Source: Calcarisporiella thermophila CBS 279.70 (Eukaryota > Fungi > Calcarisporiellomycota). Taken from it: 64,000 bases of DNA. The DNA lies in contig NW_027192201.1 of assembly GCF_041956535.1 (NCBI RefSeq), positions 222,060-286,059 on the forward strand. Direction: 5' to 3'. Of this stretch, positions 12,109 through 25,200 are shown in pieces. How positions within the stretch are numbered: position 1 is the first letter of the stretch; the number at the start of each line of letters is the position of its first letter. The position numbers were made by a program, and so were the translations under genes. The notes beneath the pieces are model-generated. The model was given only the letters and a program-made list of their open reading frames with translations, did not search any database and was not told the DNA's origin.

Positions 12109-13354
12109 TTAACTAGTTTGGCGCAACGGCCTCGTGAGTTGGTATTGATTCGGCCATTTGACATCGGCACCCAGCTCAAAAGCTGCCCTCAATGTCCAGT
12201 TGGTGTTCCGCAAGAATTCCTGCCCGACCATAATCAAGTCGGCTTTTCCCTCCGCAATGATATCCTCTGCGAGCTGAGGGTCCACAATCCCACCGACAGC
12301 GCTGGTTTTGATCTCGGCGTTCTTCCGGATAGCCTCAGCGAAAGGCACCTGGTACCCGGCAGCCGTGGGCTTCTTTTCCTGCGAGATATTTCCACCCGAG
12401 GACACGTCAATCAGGTCCACGCCCACCTCCTTCAAGCGTTTGGCCAACTCGGTGCTGTGCTCCAGATCCCATCCTCCATTGCGTTGGGTCTCCGTCCAGT
12501 CCTTGGCACTCAACCGGAAGAAGACGACCTTGTCGGGAACAGCCGTGCGCACCGCTGTTGCGACTTCGATGGCAAGGCGCATTCGGTTCTCAAGCGAGCC
12601 GCCGTATTCGTCGGTGCGGGAGTTGGAGTTGCCTGACAAGAAGCTGTGGATCAAATAGCCGTGAGCTCCGTGAATATCGATGACATCAAAGCCGGCCTGG
12701 GCGGCGCGTCGAGCCGCCGCCCCAAAAGCCTCCGCCACCCTAGCGATTTCGTGCTTCTCGAGCTGCCTTGTTGCCGAATGCTTTGCGTCAAAAGGTTCGC
12801 TGGTGGGGCCCACAACCTGGTTGGGCCATCCTCCTCGTTCCTCCACTGCAAGCTTGTACCCGTCCTGTGGAGAATGCATTGAGGCCTTGCGTCCGGCGTG
12901 CGCAATTTGGATTCCGGCCAATGCCCCCTGAGAGTGGATGTAATCCACGATGCGCTTGAACGCCTCCATCTGCTCATCGTTCCAGAGGCCCAAATCTTCG
13001 GGAGAAATGCGCCCCTCGGGAAGCACTGCGGTCGCCTCGACGATGATCAGACCAGCGCCGCGAATAGCGAATTGAGCGTAATGCATGAAGTGGAAATCAT
13101 TGGGCACACCGTCTTTTGCGCTGTACATACACATTGGGCTGACTACAATCCTAGAGTAAGAGGCAACCAGGGTAAAGCGTCAGTCATCCATGGAAGAGCC
13201 TGCGTTCAGGAGGGGGGTTGAAGGCTTACTTGTTCTTGAAGGAGAGATCGCGGATCTTGATGGATTGGAAGAGCTGAGGTAGCTTGCCCGTGGTGTCAAA
13301 GGGCGTGCCGGGAGCAATTGTGTTAAGTAGAGGTGAAACGTATTTACCAACCAT
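12109..13354 (-). CDS. NADH:flavin oxidoreductase, old yellow enzyme YqjM/NamA-like
   Basis: LFQPIKIRDLSFKN|RIVVSPMCMYSA, GIQIAHAGRKAS, IHGAHGYLIHSFLS..SNSRTDEYGGSLENRMR and GYQVPFA; one intron at about 13153-13229. Confidence 0.95.
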
Positions 13355-16300
13355 TGCGTTGATATAATTGTGGTACAGTCTGTTTTTCTTGTTTAAATGT
13401 GTTTTTTGTTGTTGTTGTTGATAGTGTTGCTCTTTCCATCTACCTTTTTATATATACGATATCTTTTGGTTTGCCCCCGAGCCGTGGTGGATGTGACTTG
13501 CATTACAAATTCAGGTTGCTGAAAAATTATTTTTGAATTACTCATCAATTTCTTTCCTGGGGTCCCTAACCTTTTTTTCGAATTGGCCCTATTAAATTGT
13601 TGCAACCAGGTAGAAAAATGACGCGACCTATTACCTGTGATTGAGAAATGATGGGAAATTGGCATCGGCTATACATTCTGAATAGCGGAAGCAGAGGAGA
13701 TGCCGAGATCAAGATTAAACCTTGAAAATCGGTCCCCATTTCATATGCTTCGCCATGGAACCCTTCCGAACTCAGTGTGTGTCCGCTCTCGGTAGGTGTT
13801 TTCGTATCTTTCTATTGGATTGCAAGAGAAAAAAAGTTAAGGGAAAGATAGTAGAGCCACTGGAACTATTCAGCTGGATTAAGCTCAAGAGGAGACCCCA
13901 CCACGACCATAAGTTAGACAGACAGATTAGATCCAAAAGGTGAGGTGAAGTGGCAAGCGGGTGGCGGTTTGTATCCACCTGGTGAGAAGCGGGCATGGGA
14001 GCAGAATTCAGATTTGTAGCGCCTGTGCGGGCTGCAGGACCTGTTAGTAGAAAGTGTGTATTTCTTCATGCTTCTATGAGGAACAAACACGAGAGCGGTG
14101 TTTCACTGCTCTATATGACCAGGAAAAAGACAAGTCTGATTGAGTAGAACGGACTGCAGTGGATCGGAAAAGTGGCCGAGGACACGCGACACGTCTCCAA
14201 CTGATTTACAGAAGCCAACCTAGGCATCTCTACCGAACCAACAGAGTGAAGGTGACGAGGGATACACGCCGCTCATGGATACTCTCCACCCTGAAAACAG
14301 TGTGGTATGAACGCCGCGGGAAGCACGGTATGTGACCCGGTAATATTCAGTTAAAATAAAGTGTGACGCAACTAGCGAGTAACCGTGGCTGGCGTGAACC
14401 AATGCTTGAACCAATGCATCTATTCGCGCTTTTATTGGGGATAATGCATTCAATATAAAGCTCTTATAAAGCACCATCCCCTCTCAATTTAAACGAAAGT
14501 AAGCTGTCCCTTGCTATATGGAAATTGCTTTTGTTGTATTTGTTAGTTTCGAATCATGTCTGTGACTACGTACTCATCTATTTGTCAGAACTTAAATGGA
14601 GACCATAGAAAATGGAATAAATCAATCGGAGTCCAAAGTTCCCCCTCTATCTTAAACTATCGTCCTCGCTTGTAGTCTTGAGCTTCTTTCTTGCTTGCCT
14701 ACCTCACGACGTTTCACGCATTCGTATTTACGGTCACTACGCTCTGTCGATGGCTAACCTTTGATTTGGAAGGTTATACATCCTTTCTTAGGAGTTAGGT
14801 AGTTAGGTAAAGTTTTCAAGAAAGAGCATTTCCGTGACGAACCTATAAATGCTCATTTTCTTCAACTTGCCATCTTAATGCAGAGCGACCGAGAGCCTGT
14901 AGCCGTGGTGTGTACAAACCTCCTGAAACTCTTGCGGGCCCATGAAATAGTATTTACGGACAGAGGGAAATTCTGAAAGGAGCTCTTCGAGATACTCTAT
15001 CGATGCACGAAACCTGGAACTGGTGCAAAGCTATGGATAATGTCACAAAATGTTATGTGAAGCAGAGGCACTGTGCTATTTCAAACGAAGACCCAATGGA
15101 TGGTGTCTAAACTCGCCACTATATTGGAGGAAGGCTTCAAGTTGAAGTCGAATGATGGTTATTCGATTCGAAGGACCTGTTTACGCCGCCATAGAAAGGT
15201 AGCGAATTGTGAAAAGGACTAGAAAGCTGGCGGTGATGTGAGAGGCTCGAAGGATACGATATAACCAAAGAAGTATGATGTGTGAGGAGACCCAAAACTT
15301 ATTTCATCTTTCTGTTGATACGATCATACAGGTATCCGGGTCTCGTGGAAAATTCGACTCTGATTCGGGCTCATATCTAGATGTGCCCGAAAATTCTCTA
15401 GTGTCGCGCGCATGAAGCAGCGTTAGCCAATCATGGACGTGAACATGAGCGCGTGAAACGCAGTGAGGTAGACAAGCAAGGGAGAAGTTCAAGACTACAA
15501 GAGAGGACGATAGTTTGAGATAGAGGGAAAGCTTGGACCGATTGATTTATTCCATTTTCTGGAGTATAATTATAATATAGTCAAGAGAATTATTCTTAAT
15601 ATTGTATTTTTTAAGGGTATATTAATACTGCTGCAGAGAGTTCTGAACCTATTATTCTTCCAAATCTAAATGCAGTATGTCTGATCAAGCTTGGAAACAC
15701 TCATATACTGTCCAAATCAACGATGGCGTAGTACGTAGTCACAGTAATTAAGATATGAAACTAACAAACCTAACGGGACTCGTTTGGCTCTATTCTTTCT
15801 CAAGGGCAGAGTGGTTGCTTGGGGGGAGGGGGTGGGGGTGAAGAAAGCGAACCATGCATCTAATTTGTGGTTGGGATTCCCAACCCTGCCATTTGGTAAG
15901 TTATCGCCCCGCTTGCTGCGGAAAGGAAATTTGCAACGATGAATCAGGATTAATTGTTTAGTAGGTGGCATGTAACAAGCAAATAACAAATCGATAACAA
16001 ACTCATATATTGTGATACAAACCATGTTGCATTGCATCCAAGCTGAAGATAAGAATTCTTTGTAGAAGTGGGGCCAAAAGGTCGAGAAGGAAAGATGGGT
16101 ATCTAGTATGGGTATCATCCACAAGGAGAAGAGAACAGCTATTTTAGGGTACGTTTGGTTTTTGATGTTGTATAAATAAGGGGCCCTCCCTCTCCTTATG
16201 GTTGAAAGGGTCCACTTTGCGAATACTAAGCAACGAGCTGATCAGGTTGAAATTCTTGCATAACCACCGCCCTCACTTGTATTTATTTCTCGGCTCATGT

Positions 16301-16359
16301 TTTTATCTCTACGGTTCTTTTTCATCCTCCTGTTTCTCCTCATCTCCACTCCACACGTC

Positions 16360-17485
16360 ATGAACTTCCTCACCGAAGAACAAACCACCTTGGATCTCAA
16401 CAAACTACGCGATGTCCTAGTTCGCCTAGAAGATACTATCATTTTCGGTTGGTTGAATTGGGCCTAGTTTTCCACTTGTTCATTTCCCCACTGAATGATC
16501 TTGCTCATCCAAATCTCTCTCCATTCATAATTCCACTCGCTCTTAGATCTGATTGAAAGGGCCCAATTTGCGCGCAACGAGGTCATTTATCAAGTGGATG
16601 CCGAAGAATTTCAAGCACTGCCGGCGAAGAATCAGAGCTTCTTCGACTATTTCTTACATGAAGTAGAAAAGATGCATGGTAAGGTTTTTTTTTTTCATTG
16701 CTCGTACTTTTCGGCCTTCTTTTTGCCAGACTCTAAGAAAATTTGTGTTTTGATGTTGGCGACTAGCCACCGTTCGTAGGTACAAAAGGTAATCCACATC
16801 ATCGGCAGCAAAAAGAATGGCTCTGAGCCGCATTCCACTCACTGATACTTCTTCTGCATTAGCCCCGACGAATATCCTTTCACCAGCCCCCTTCCCGAGC
16901 CTATCCTTCCACCGATTGATTTCCCCAAAGTCCTCCATCCCAATGACATTAATGTTAATGCTGAAATCCGGCGCTTGTACCTTGAAAACATTGTCCCCGC
17001 TATCTGCCCGCCCGGGAATGACAAGAACTACGGAAGCGCGGCGCTAGGGGATGTGGAATGCCTGCAGGCCCTGAGCCGCCGTATCCATTATGGTAAGTGC
17101 ATAACGCGTGGGGCGGAGGAGGCCTTGAAGCTCAACCTCTGAGGCATGGATGTTGCTGGTAGGGAAATTCATTGCCGAGTCGAAATTCCGCAACTCGACG
17201 CAGCAGTATGTCGAGCTCATCCGACGTGAAGATCGAGCCGCCATCGAGGAGCTGCTCACCAACCGCGAGGTGGAGGCCAAGCTGCTAGAGCGGCTGCGCC
17301 TCAAAGCGCTGAACTACGGGCAGAGTCCCGAGGAGGAGCAGAAGGGCGAGAGCAAGCATCTGAAGATCCCCGTGGAGGTCGTGGTGCGTCTGTACGAGCA
17401 GTGGGTCATCCCGCTGACAAAAAAGGTCGAGGTAGAGTATCTGATGCAGCGGCTGAAGGGCACCGAGTGGGAGACGGGGCAGTAG
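16360..17485 (+). CDS. ARO7: Chorismate mutase (eukaryotic AroQ type)
   Basis: [69 protein letters not shown] and IPLTKKVEVEYL; 4 introns including a 22-nt microexon. Confidence 0.96.
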
Positions 17486-17508
17486 GCGTGGGGATGGGAG
17501 GAGTGTGT

Positions 17509-17818
17509 TGTCTTGTTCAATAGAGAATAAACTGTATCTTCTTCTGGATTCTGAAACCCAAACCGTGTTTTGCAAACTCTCCCTCAACCTTACAAAATGC
17601 GCACAATAACGTCAACGTGGGCTGGAATAAAACTGGCTAGGATTGCTCGCGCTGATTAGCTCTGTCTTGTTCAATAGAGAATAAACTGTATCTTCTTCTG
17701 GATTCTGAAACCCAAACCGTGTTTTGCAAACGCTCCCTCAACCTTACAAAATGCGCACAATAACGTCAACGTGGGCTGGAATAAAACTGGCTAGGATTGC
17801 TCGCGCTGATTAGCTCTG
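17509..17818. repeat. Near-perfect 154-bp tandem duplication covering the ARO7 3' end
   Basis: Units start at 17509 and 17663 (tgtcttgttcaatagagaataaa...gattagctc); one substitution seen (aaactctccc vs aaacgctccc). Confidence 0.95.
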
Positions 17819-19820
17819 CGTGTTTCTTTTAACCGGGTGTATACGTATTCCCGTGCAATCGGAGGGGCTGGCCTCCTCTTGTGCACATTTCGATTTCTTG
17901 GGCCTTCCGTAAACGAATAAAAATCCCGAGAGGGTGGGAGGGCCAGAGCTATTAAAAGGCTGCTTGCAAACAAGCGATTTTTTTTTTTTCGCTTTGGGGG
18001 GAGGCTGATTCCGTTGTGTGCTCGTCGAGGTTCGGCGAGAGGGGCCTCGTTTCTCACTCCGGCGGGCCCCGCAGCCTGGATGATTCTGTTTGGCGGCCTC
18101 GTCGCTGCACTCCGAATCTCGTTTGTGGCTTGGACCCAACTGACTCCCCCAAATCAACCTCCACGCCGGGCCATACACGCGAAGAGAAAATACGGTTTGT
18201 GTTCTGACAAGTCTCTTTTCTCGGGATGAAGAACACGCAAATGGGCACAGGATAAGGTTGTGGAGGTGATCCTTCAGCCTTTATCACCCGTTGTGCTATG
18301 TGCGCCGTCAACCTTGTCCCCCGAACCTTATCCAAACAGCACTGCGGCAATAGTGCTGGGCCGGACCCAAATCCCTGCCGGCGTGCGGGGGTGGGGGGAG
18401 CTTAGCACACAATAATGTAAAGAGGGAGGCTGAGCGGCAACCGGAGCTTATCTCTGGTGGATTGGGCCGAAATCGGGTCACAGCCCCCCGGCAGGCCGCC
18501 CTCCATCAGCTGGGGTGGAGCCAGAGCTGGGCAGTTGGGGGGAGGGGGGAGGGGGGGAGGCGAGCGCGCAGGATGCGGGGGGATTGGGGCGAGGGCAGGG
18601 GAGCACGGCCGGCTACGATTCGGCGCTGGTACAGGTGGTTGATGCTATGCGCTTGATCCACAAGCTAATCTTTTTGACAGTAGAAGCTTATCTACAATAA
18701 GCCATTTTAGGAGTCTCAAGACTAAGGTTCTGCATAATGTGCGTCACCGACTGTGATCTCCGATGGATCAGATTGAGCTGATGGGGGAGGCGAGCAGGGG
18801 GGCGAGAGGGCAGCGGCGGGAGGGGCGAGACGAGCATTCTGCGGGCGAAGCAAGACGCGGGCTGGTTTATTTTTTAATAAATCTGCAGGTAAATGCTGCT
18901 GACAACCCGCATACAGCCGGCCGCCTAATTAACTACCAAGATAGTATAATGTCGCCAAGTAATAGTAACCTAAAACACTCCAAGCGCAGGGGGAGGAAGA
19001 GGAAGCCCTTGGGGAGTGGCGGTGCAGCTGACTGAGGATTGCACCGTTTTTTTTTGTTGACTCGTGGAGGGATGCCCTTCGGAGAAGAAGAGAAGGGAAA
19101 AAAAAAACAAATGGTTGGGCCATCTGCCGTCAGCGACCGCCCAATGGTCATATTGGGTCGGCTGCAGGAGGAGGGGGGGCGGGCGACCGGCGCAGATGGC
19201 CGCTTGGGTCATGACGTGACCCCGGCCGAACGCCGCTTACTGGGTTAGTCAACGGGAGGGCGAGCAAGGTAGCAAAAACAAACAGGCCTGAGGGTGGTCG
19301 CGCGGATGGGGAGTGGAATATGCAATCTTAATGCCCTGCACGTCCGATCTGAAAGAATCAGGCTGAGTATCAACCGCTCAATAAGGATGAATAAGAAGAG
19401 TTTGCCGGAGCTCCAAAGTCTAATAATTTGACGCAAAAAAAAACTTTGAGTCACGCCTCTGAAACAGAAAGACTATGCAGCTTACCCTCCTCTCTGCTCC
19501 AATATATTGAGAAATATATAAGGCCCACCGTGCTGCTTGTTCTCGGGTTTCCTTCTGGTCCTTGCTTCCCCCACCCCCCCCCCATTTCTCCTCTTCTCCT
19601 AGCCTCATCCCCGGCCGTGCGCTCCCTCGCCGCCGCCGCGCCCCATTTGCCTCCCGTACTCCCCTTTCCTCGAGTCAGAGTTTGGTGATACCCTCGCCCT
19701 CCCCCTTCTCACGCGAGATTCCTCTATCCTCCCCCTCTGTGCCAGCGTTGCTCGACAAAAAAGTAAATAATTGCCACGTTTGAATTTCTGGCAATTCCGC
19801 CATCCCCCCCCATCTTTTGC

Positions 19821-21471
19821 ATGGCCGGTGCCGTTCAGCTGCTCTACGCGACAGAACCTAGCTGGCCTCTCTGTCTTGCCAGCCCAGCCAGCGTCGTGGT
19901 TGAAGGTGTGCGTTCAGGTGAAGATACCAAGACCGGAGCTTCGGCAGGCATGATACATAACCCAAAAGTAAGCTCTTGGGCCTCGTTCTGCCCCCATTGT
20001 CTGAGATATTCGCCCCCTGGCCCTGACTGACGCTGTTCTTTGGCCCATTTCCATTCCAGGCCTATAAACCATGGGAGGAGAAAAATTCCAGCCAGCCGCA
20101 CCTTGCCTTCCCCTCGCATGCCCGGCTATACACTGGCGCCGCGGTGTCGCCCATGGCCTCGACAGCGGCCGGATCGACGCAGCCGACTCTGGGCCCCGGC
20201 AGAGACTATCTGCCGATGCAGGGCCAGAAGCGTCCCGCAAGCTGCCCCTACTCGCCCATCTCCCCCTACTCCACCTCCCCTTATTCCCACTCGTCCAGCG
20301 AGCATTGGGCACCCATTGCGCTCCCCCCGGGCGTCCACCCACAAACCGTGCTTAGTTCCCCCGCCATCCCCCCCCGCGCCTGCCCCTCCCCATCCACAGC
20401 AGCCCCCCCCAAACAGCCCAGCAAGATGGCCATCTCCTCGCTGCTGAACACGCATCCTGAGGATTCCCCCCCTTTTCCCAAGANNNNNNNNNNNNNNNNN
20501 NNNNNNNNNNNNNNNNNNNNNNNNNNNNNNNNNNNNNNNNNNNNNNNNNNNNNNNNNNNNNNNNNNNNNNNNNNNNNNNNNNNNNNNNNNNNNNNNNNNN
20601 NNNNNNNNNNNNNNNNNNNNNNNNNNNNNNNNNNNNNNNNNNNNNNNNNNNNNNNNNNNNNNNNNNNNNNNNNNNNNNNNNNNNNNNNNNNNNNNNNNNN
20701 NNNNNNNNNNNNNNNNNNNNNNNNNNNNNNNNNNNNNNNNNNNNNNNNNNNNNNNNNNNNNNNNNNNNNNNNNNNNNNNNNNNNNNNNNNNNNNNNNNNN
20801 NNNNNNNNNNNNNNNNNNNNNNNNNNNNNNNNNNNNNNNNNNNNNNNNNNNNNNNNNNNNNNNNNNNNNNNNNNNNNNNNNNNNNNNNNNNNNNNNNNNN
20901 NNNNNNNNNNNNNNNNNNNNNNNNNNNNNNNNNNNNNNNNNNNNNNNNNNNNNNNNNNNNNNNNNNNNNNNNNNNNNNNNNNNNNNNNNNNNNNNNNNNN
21001 NNNNNNNNNNNNNNNNNNNNNNNNNTGGCCATCTCCTCGCTGCTGAACACGCATCCTGAGGATTCCCCCCCCTTTTCCCAAGACGAGCGCGACCAGAGCC
21101 CCCCGGCGAAACGGAGGCGCCCTCCGCAGACCCCCATTGCCGCCGCGCCCGCGCCCGCCGCCGATTCCACGTCTTCGCCCGCCAGTCGAGAAAAAAAGTC
21201 CATCTGCCGCTCATGCAAGAGCTCCCTTGAGGACGCCCCTGCCAAGCGTCGGGGCGTCAATGGGGTCAAGGACGAGCTCTGCAATCGCTGTGGCCTCCGC
21301 CTAGCTAAATCGCGGCGGTTTTGCCCAGATCTGCTCAACTGCTACTTCATTCCGAGCAAGAGCGAATACGCAGCCCTGAAGCGGATCGCGATGGTAAGCG
21401 GCCAGAGCCGTGTCGTGTGTCCGGTGTGTAGGATGAAGGAGTTGACGTATTTCATGCCATCTGACATTTAA
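19821..21471 (+). CDS. Ash1-like GATA-type zinc-finger transcription factor, interrupted by an artefactual N gap
   Basis: Exon ending MIHNPK|gtaagc, intron 19968-20059, a P/S-rich region with MAISSLLN, then CRSC-x21-CNRCGLRL...CPDLLNC..IPSKSE...CPVC. This resembles the Ash1 extended Cys domain. Start could be ATG 19821 or 19950. Confidence 0.75.
20484..21025. other. Scaffold gap (542 N) flanked by overlapping sequence
   Basis: 20427-20483 equals 21026-21083 except for a C7 vs C8 homopolymer. Confidence 0.95.
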
Positions 21472-22260
21472 TCTTTTTCCCTATGTACTTTAACCCTGCA
21501 AATGTGAAGACTTTAATAGTATTACTACGCCCTCATGGATATATACATCTCTCGTCGCTTTTCCTCTTCTCCTTCTATCTTCTATTTCTCTTCTATTTCT
21601 GATCCCTCCCTTTTTTTTATTCTTAGCCTTGCTCTTTAACCTTGTTTTTTTTTTTTCCCCCTCTCTCCCGCTTTCGCTTGCTCTTGTTTTGTTTTTTCTT
21701 CCTCCTCCTGTTTATACTGCCATCTCCTTTTGTTATCTCTTGATTCTCTCCTGTATTTTGTTTGATATTCTCCTTCTCACTCATAGTTTAGCTTAGCTTG
21801 TTAGTTTTCTCTGCACATGCACCTTCTTCCCCTTCCCTCCCCCCCCCCTTCCTACCCTTCCTCCTCCTTCTTCTCACCGCCTCCACAATATTGCTGATAT
21901 CCAATATGTTTTTCCTCCTGTGGTTAAGCTTTATACGTCTTAAGACAAACTGTAACCACTTTTTGTGTTTGGCAAAATATACCATGATCTCATGATTTTT
22001 GTGCCTTCAAATGCGGCACGAACTCTATTGGATTAAGGTTGCGAGTGATTTCGCACGTCTATTATGCATTGGCTATCAAGCTGATGGGTAAGGGGACAGA
22101 TAAAGCAACTCTAAAGGTAGTCAACTTGTATACTCCCACTCTCACACCACCACTCCCCTTTCCTCCTCCTTCCTCACGTCCTCCTCTCTCTCCCCCTCTC
22201 CCCCCCCCCCAAAAAAAAAAACAAACTACATTAATGGGAAACACCCAGTCCTCACTAACT

Positions 22261-25200
22261 TTATACATTCGAGGATGGCACTCTGACGACGCTCTGGCAT
22301 CGTGCGCATAGTGCATTTTCCTCCTCTGCTGCATAGTTCCAGCATCTAGGGCACTTGCTCCGTCTTGCCCGGCGGGCTTCCACCCGACATCGCGCCTCCT
22401 CGCCGATTCCTAGCTGGAGGGAGGAGTCCTTAGAGTAGACCTTTCCGCCCTCCTCGGACGGGGCGAACGAAAGGGCAGCATCCGACACGATGAAGAAAGA
22501 CCTCAGCTCCGCCTCGTACTTCCGAAGAAGATCGGCAAGCCTCGAGTTCTCTTGGACAACCACCACCACATCCGCCTCCAGCGAGCTCCCTATTGTCTTC
22601 TCCTGTCGCGCCCTCTCCAACACTTGATTCACCTCTCCTCGGACGCGCTTCAGCACCTCCCAATCTTCGCTTAGTCGAGCGTCGTTCCACCGCTCCTCCG
22701 CGGGGTACCAACCTAAGCGGAACACGCTGTCTTGTTTCTGTGGGGAAATGCCACGCAGGTGCTCGTAGATTTCCTCTGAGAGATGAGGGGTGATGGGGGC
22801 AAGCGCAAGGGTATAAGTATGAAGGATCTAAAATATAAGTAGCGGATGCAGTTGTTAGTGGGGAAAGAAGAGAGGGCAGGACAAAGACATCAAGGAAAAA
22901 CTTGCATGGTAGAGCACGGTTTGAGCAGCCTGCCTTGGGCGCGAAAAGGCATCATCGGCATAAAGCCGGTCTTTGATGATGTCGAAGTAGAAGGAAGAAA
23001 GGGCAGTGCCTGTGAATTGACTGAGGCTTTGGTATACTGTGGGTAGGGGGGAAGAAGGTGGAGAGTGATCAGAGATAAGGGATAGGGTACGAATCGAGGC
23101 ACAATCAGAGAAATAAGTCTTTACCTTTGTTGAACGCAAACTGCTCGTATGCTTCCTGAACTGTTTTGTTAAAGTGATAAAGCTCGTGTAACAAGTATTT
23201 GTCAATCTACGTGGAGGGATGGAAGAGGTAGGAGATCCGTGTTAGAACACTGCTGAAATTTCAAAAACCTCGAGCCCGCAAATTACCTCGAGAAGATCCT
23301 CATAGGCACTCAGCTCAGATGCTTGGAATTGGTGCAAATTGCCAAGCATAAAGCGAGCGGTGTTGCGGAATTTGCGTAGCGTTTCTGAGATATGGGCTAG
23401 AGGGGCAAGCCATCGCATCTTGTTAGGGATCCTAGAGCCATTGCATGAAAATCCAGCGCCAACCTACCTATCACGGTCTTGCCGATAGAGACATCCCGCG
23501 CGTATTCAGTGGATGCCACCCAGAGACGTAGCACATCCACCCCGTAGGCAGGGTCCCTCTTCAAATCCTAGTGGTGAAAGTCGTCAGTGCCAACCAAGCC
23601 TGGAGGATGAGTTCAACTTGCGTGCAACCTTGCCACCGCGGATGATCATCGCCGGGTCCACCACGTTGCCAATGCTCTTGGACATCTTCCTACCCTGCTC
23701 ATCGAGCACGAAGCCATGGGTTAACAGCGTGCCGAAGGGCTGTCTGCCGGTCACCGCAACTGCAAAATAGACGCGGGTTAGTTCAACGCTGACCATCTCC
23801 CAAGGGCCTCAATGGCCGGTACTGTACCGGAGGTGAGAAGCGACGACTGGAACCACCCTCGGTGCTGATCACTTCCTTCCAGATAAAGGTCTGCAACCGG
23901 CGTTTCACCTCCTGCACCTCTTTTTTTTTTCCAAGAGTTAGTCTTACTATATTTGGAAATCACCGTTTAGGAAATGGGAATTGCCAAATATACCTTTCCA
24001 TGCCCTCTGCAAGAAGAGACCATGAGGTCCCACTGTCGAACCACACATCCATTGTGTCTCTGCCCCGAATATAGCTCGTTCCTAGAAGTAGTGTTTATAT
24101 ACAGCATTACCATCTCTATAACGGGTGCCGATATACGACTCCATAGGCGCCCATCGTGAACAGACACCTACCCTCGACCTTATATTCCGGCGGCACGAAC
24201 CTCTCGTCCCACTCCTCTCCCTCTGCCCACCATGCATCCGTGCCGTGCTCCTCTAGCACATTGATCACATGGCGCACACTTGCATCGTTCAAGAGTGGCT
24301 CTCCATTGTCTGCACGGTAGAGAACGGGAATAGGCACACCCCACGCACGCTGACGCGAAATACACCATTCGCTCCGGGAGAGCGTGAATTGAGTGAGGCG
24401 ATTCAAAGCTGCAGCAACCAACCAACCAACCAGCCACCATGATGGATGTAGAATGAGAAGGGGTGTGGGTTAAGTACTAGGGCAAACTCTCCTACCTGAT
24501 TCGGGCACCATCTTCACATCCTGGAGTCTTTCGACGGCACGATCCCGTAGCTCACTCACATCCGCAAACCACTGAGCCGTTGCGCGCAGAATGACGGGCT
24601 TCTTGGTGCGCCAGTCGTACGGGTACTTGTGAACATACGGCTTCTCAAATAGAAGGTGTCCTGTGCGCCGAAGTTCTTCAATGACCGCACTCGTGCCGTG
24701 AGAAAACACGGATTTGCCCTCAAATTGAGGCCCGGCCTCGCTCGTAAAGACGCCGTGCTCATCCACTGTATTCCAAGAAAAGAGTTTGCCGAGTCAGAAT
24801 CCTTATATAGCTCCGAGTCTTGCTAAACGCATCGCTATTACCAGGACAAAACGCCTCAATTCCAACTTGCTTGCACACCAGATAGTCTTCCATTCCGTGT
24901 CCTGGTGCCGTATGCACCAGCCCTGTGCCAGACTCCGAAGTGACATGTCCAGCAGCAAGGATGGGCTGCTGTGCCCCAGTGAAAGGGTGTTTATAACACG
25001 ACCCGACCAAGTCGGAGCCTAGAGACATTAGAATGGTTTACAAACATCTGTTCTACCGATCGGCCTTCTGATTAGGCGCATACCTTTGATCTCGTCGGAC
25101 TTGACGATCTCCAATTCTCCCCCCAGCTCCGCTCTTAATGCCTCCAGTCTCTCGGACGCAACCAGCCAGGCCTCGCCGTTGTAAACGACAACAGAATACA

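Noticed and set aside
20126-21338. ORFs of 266-362 aa spanning the gap
   Set aside because: Their length is an artefact of translating N runs.
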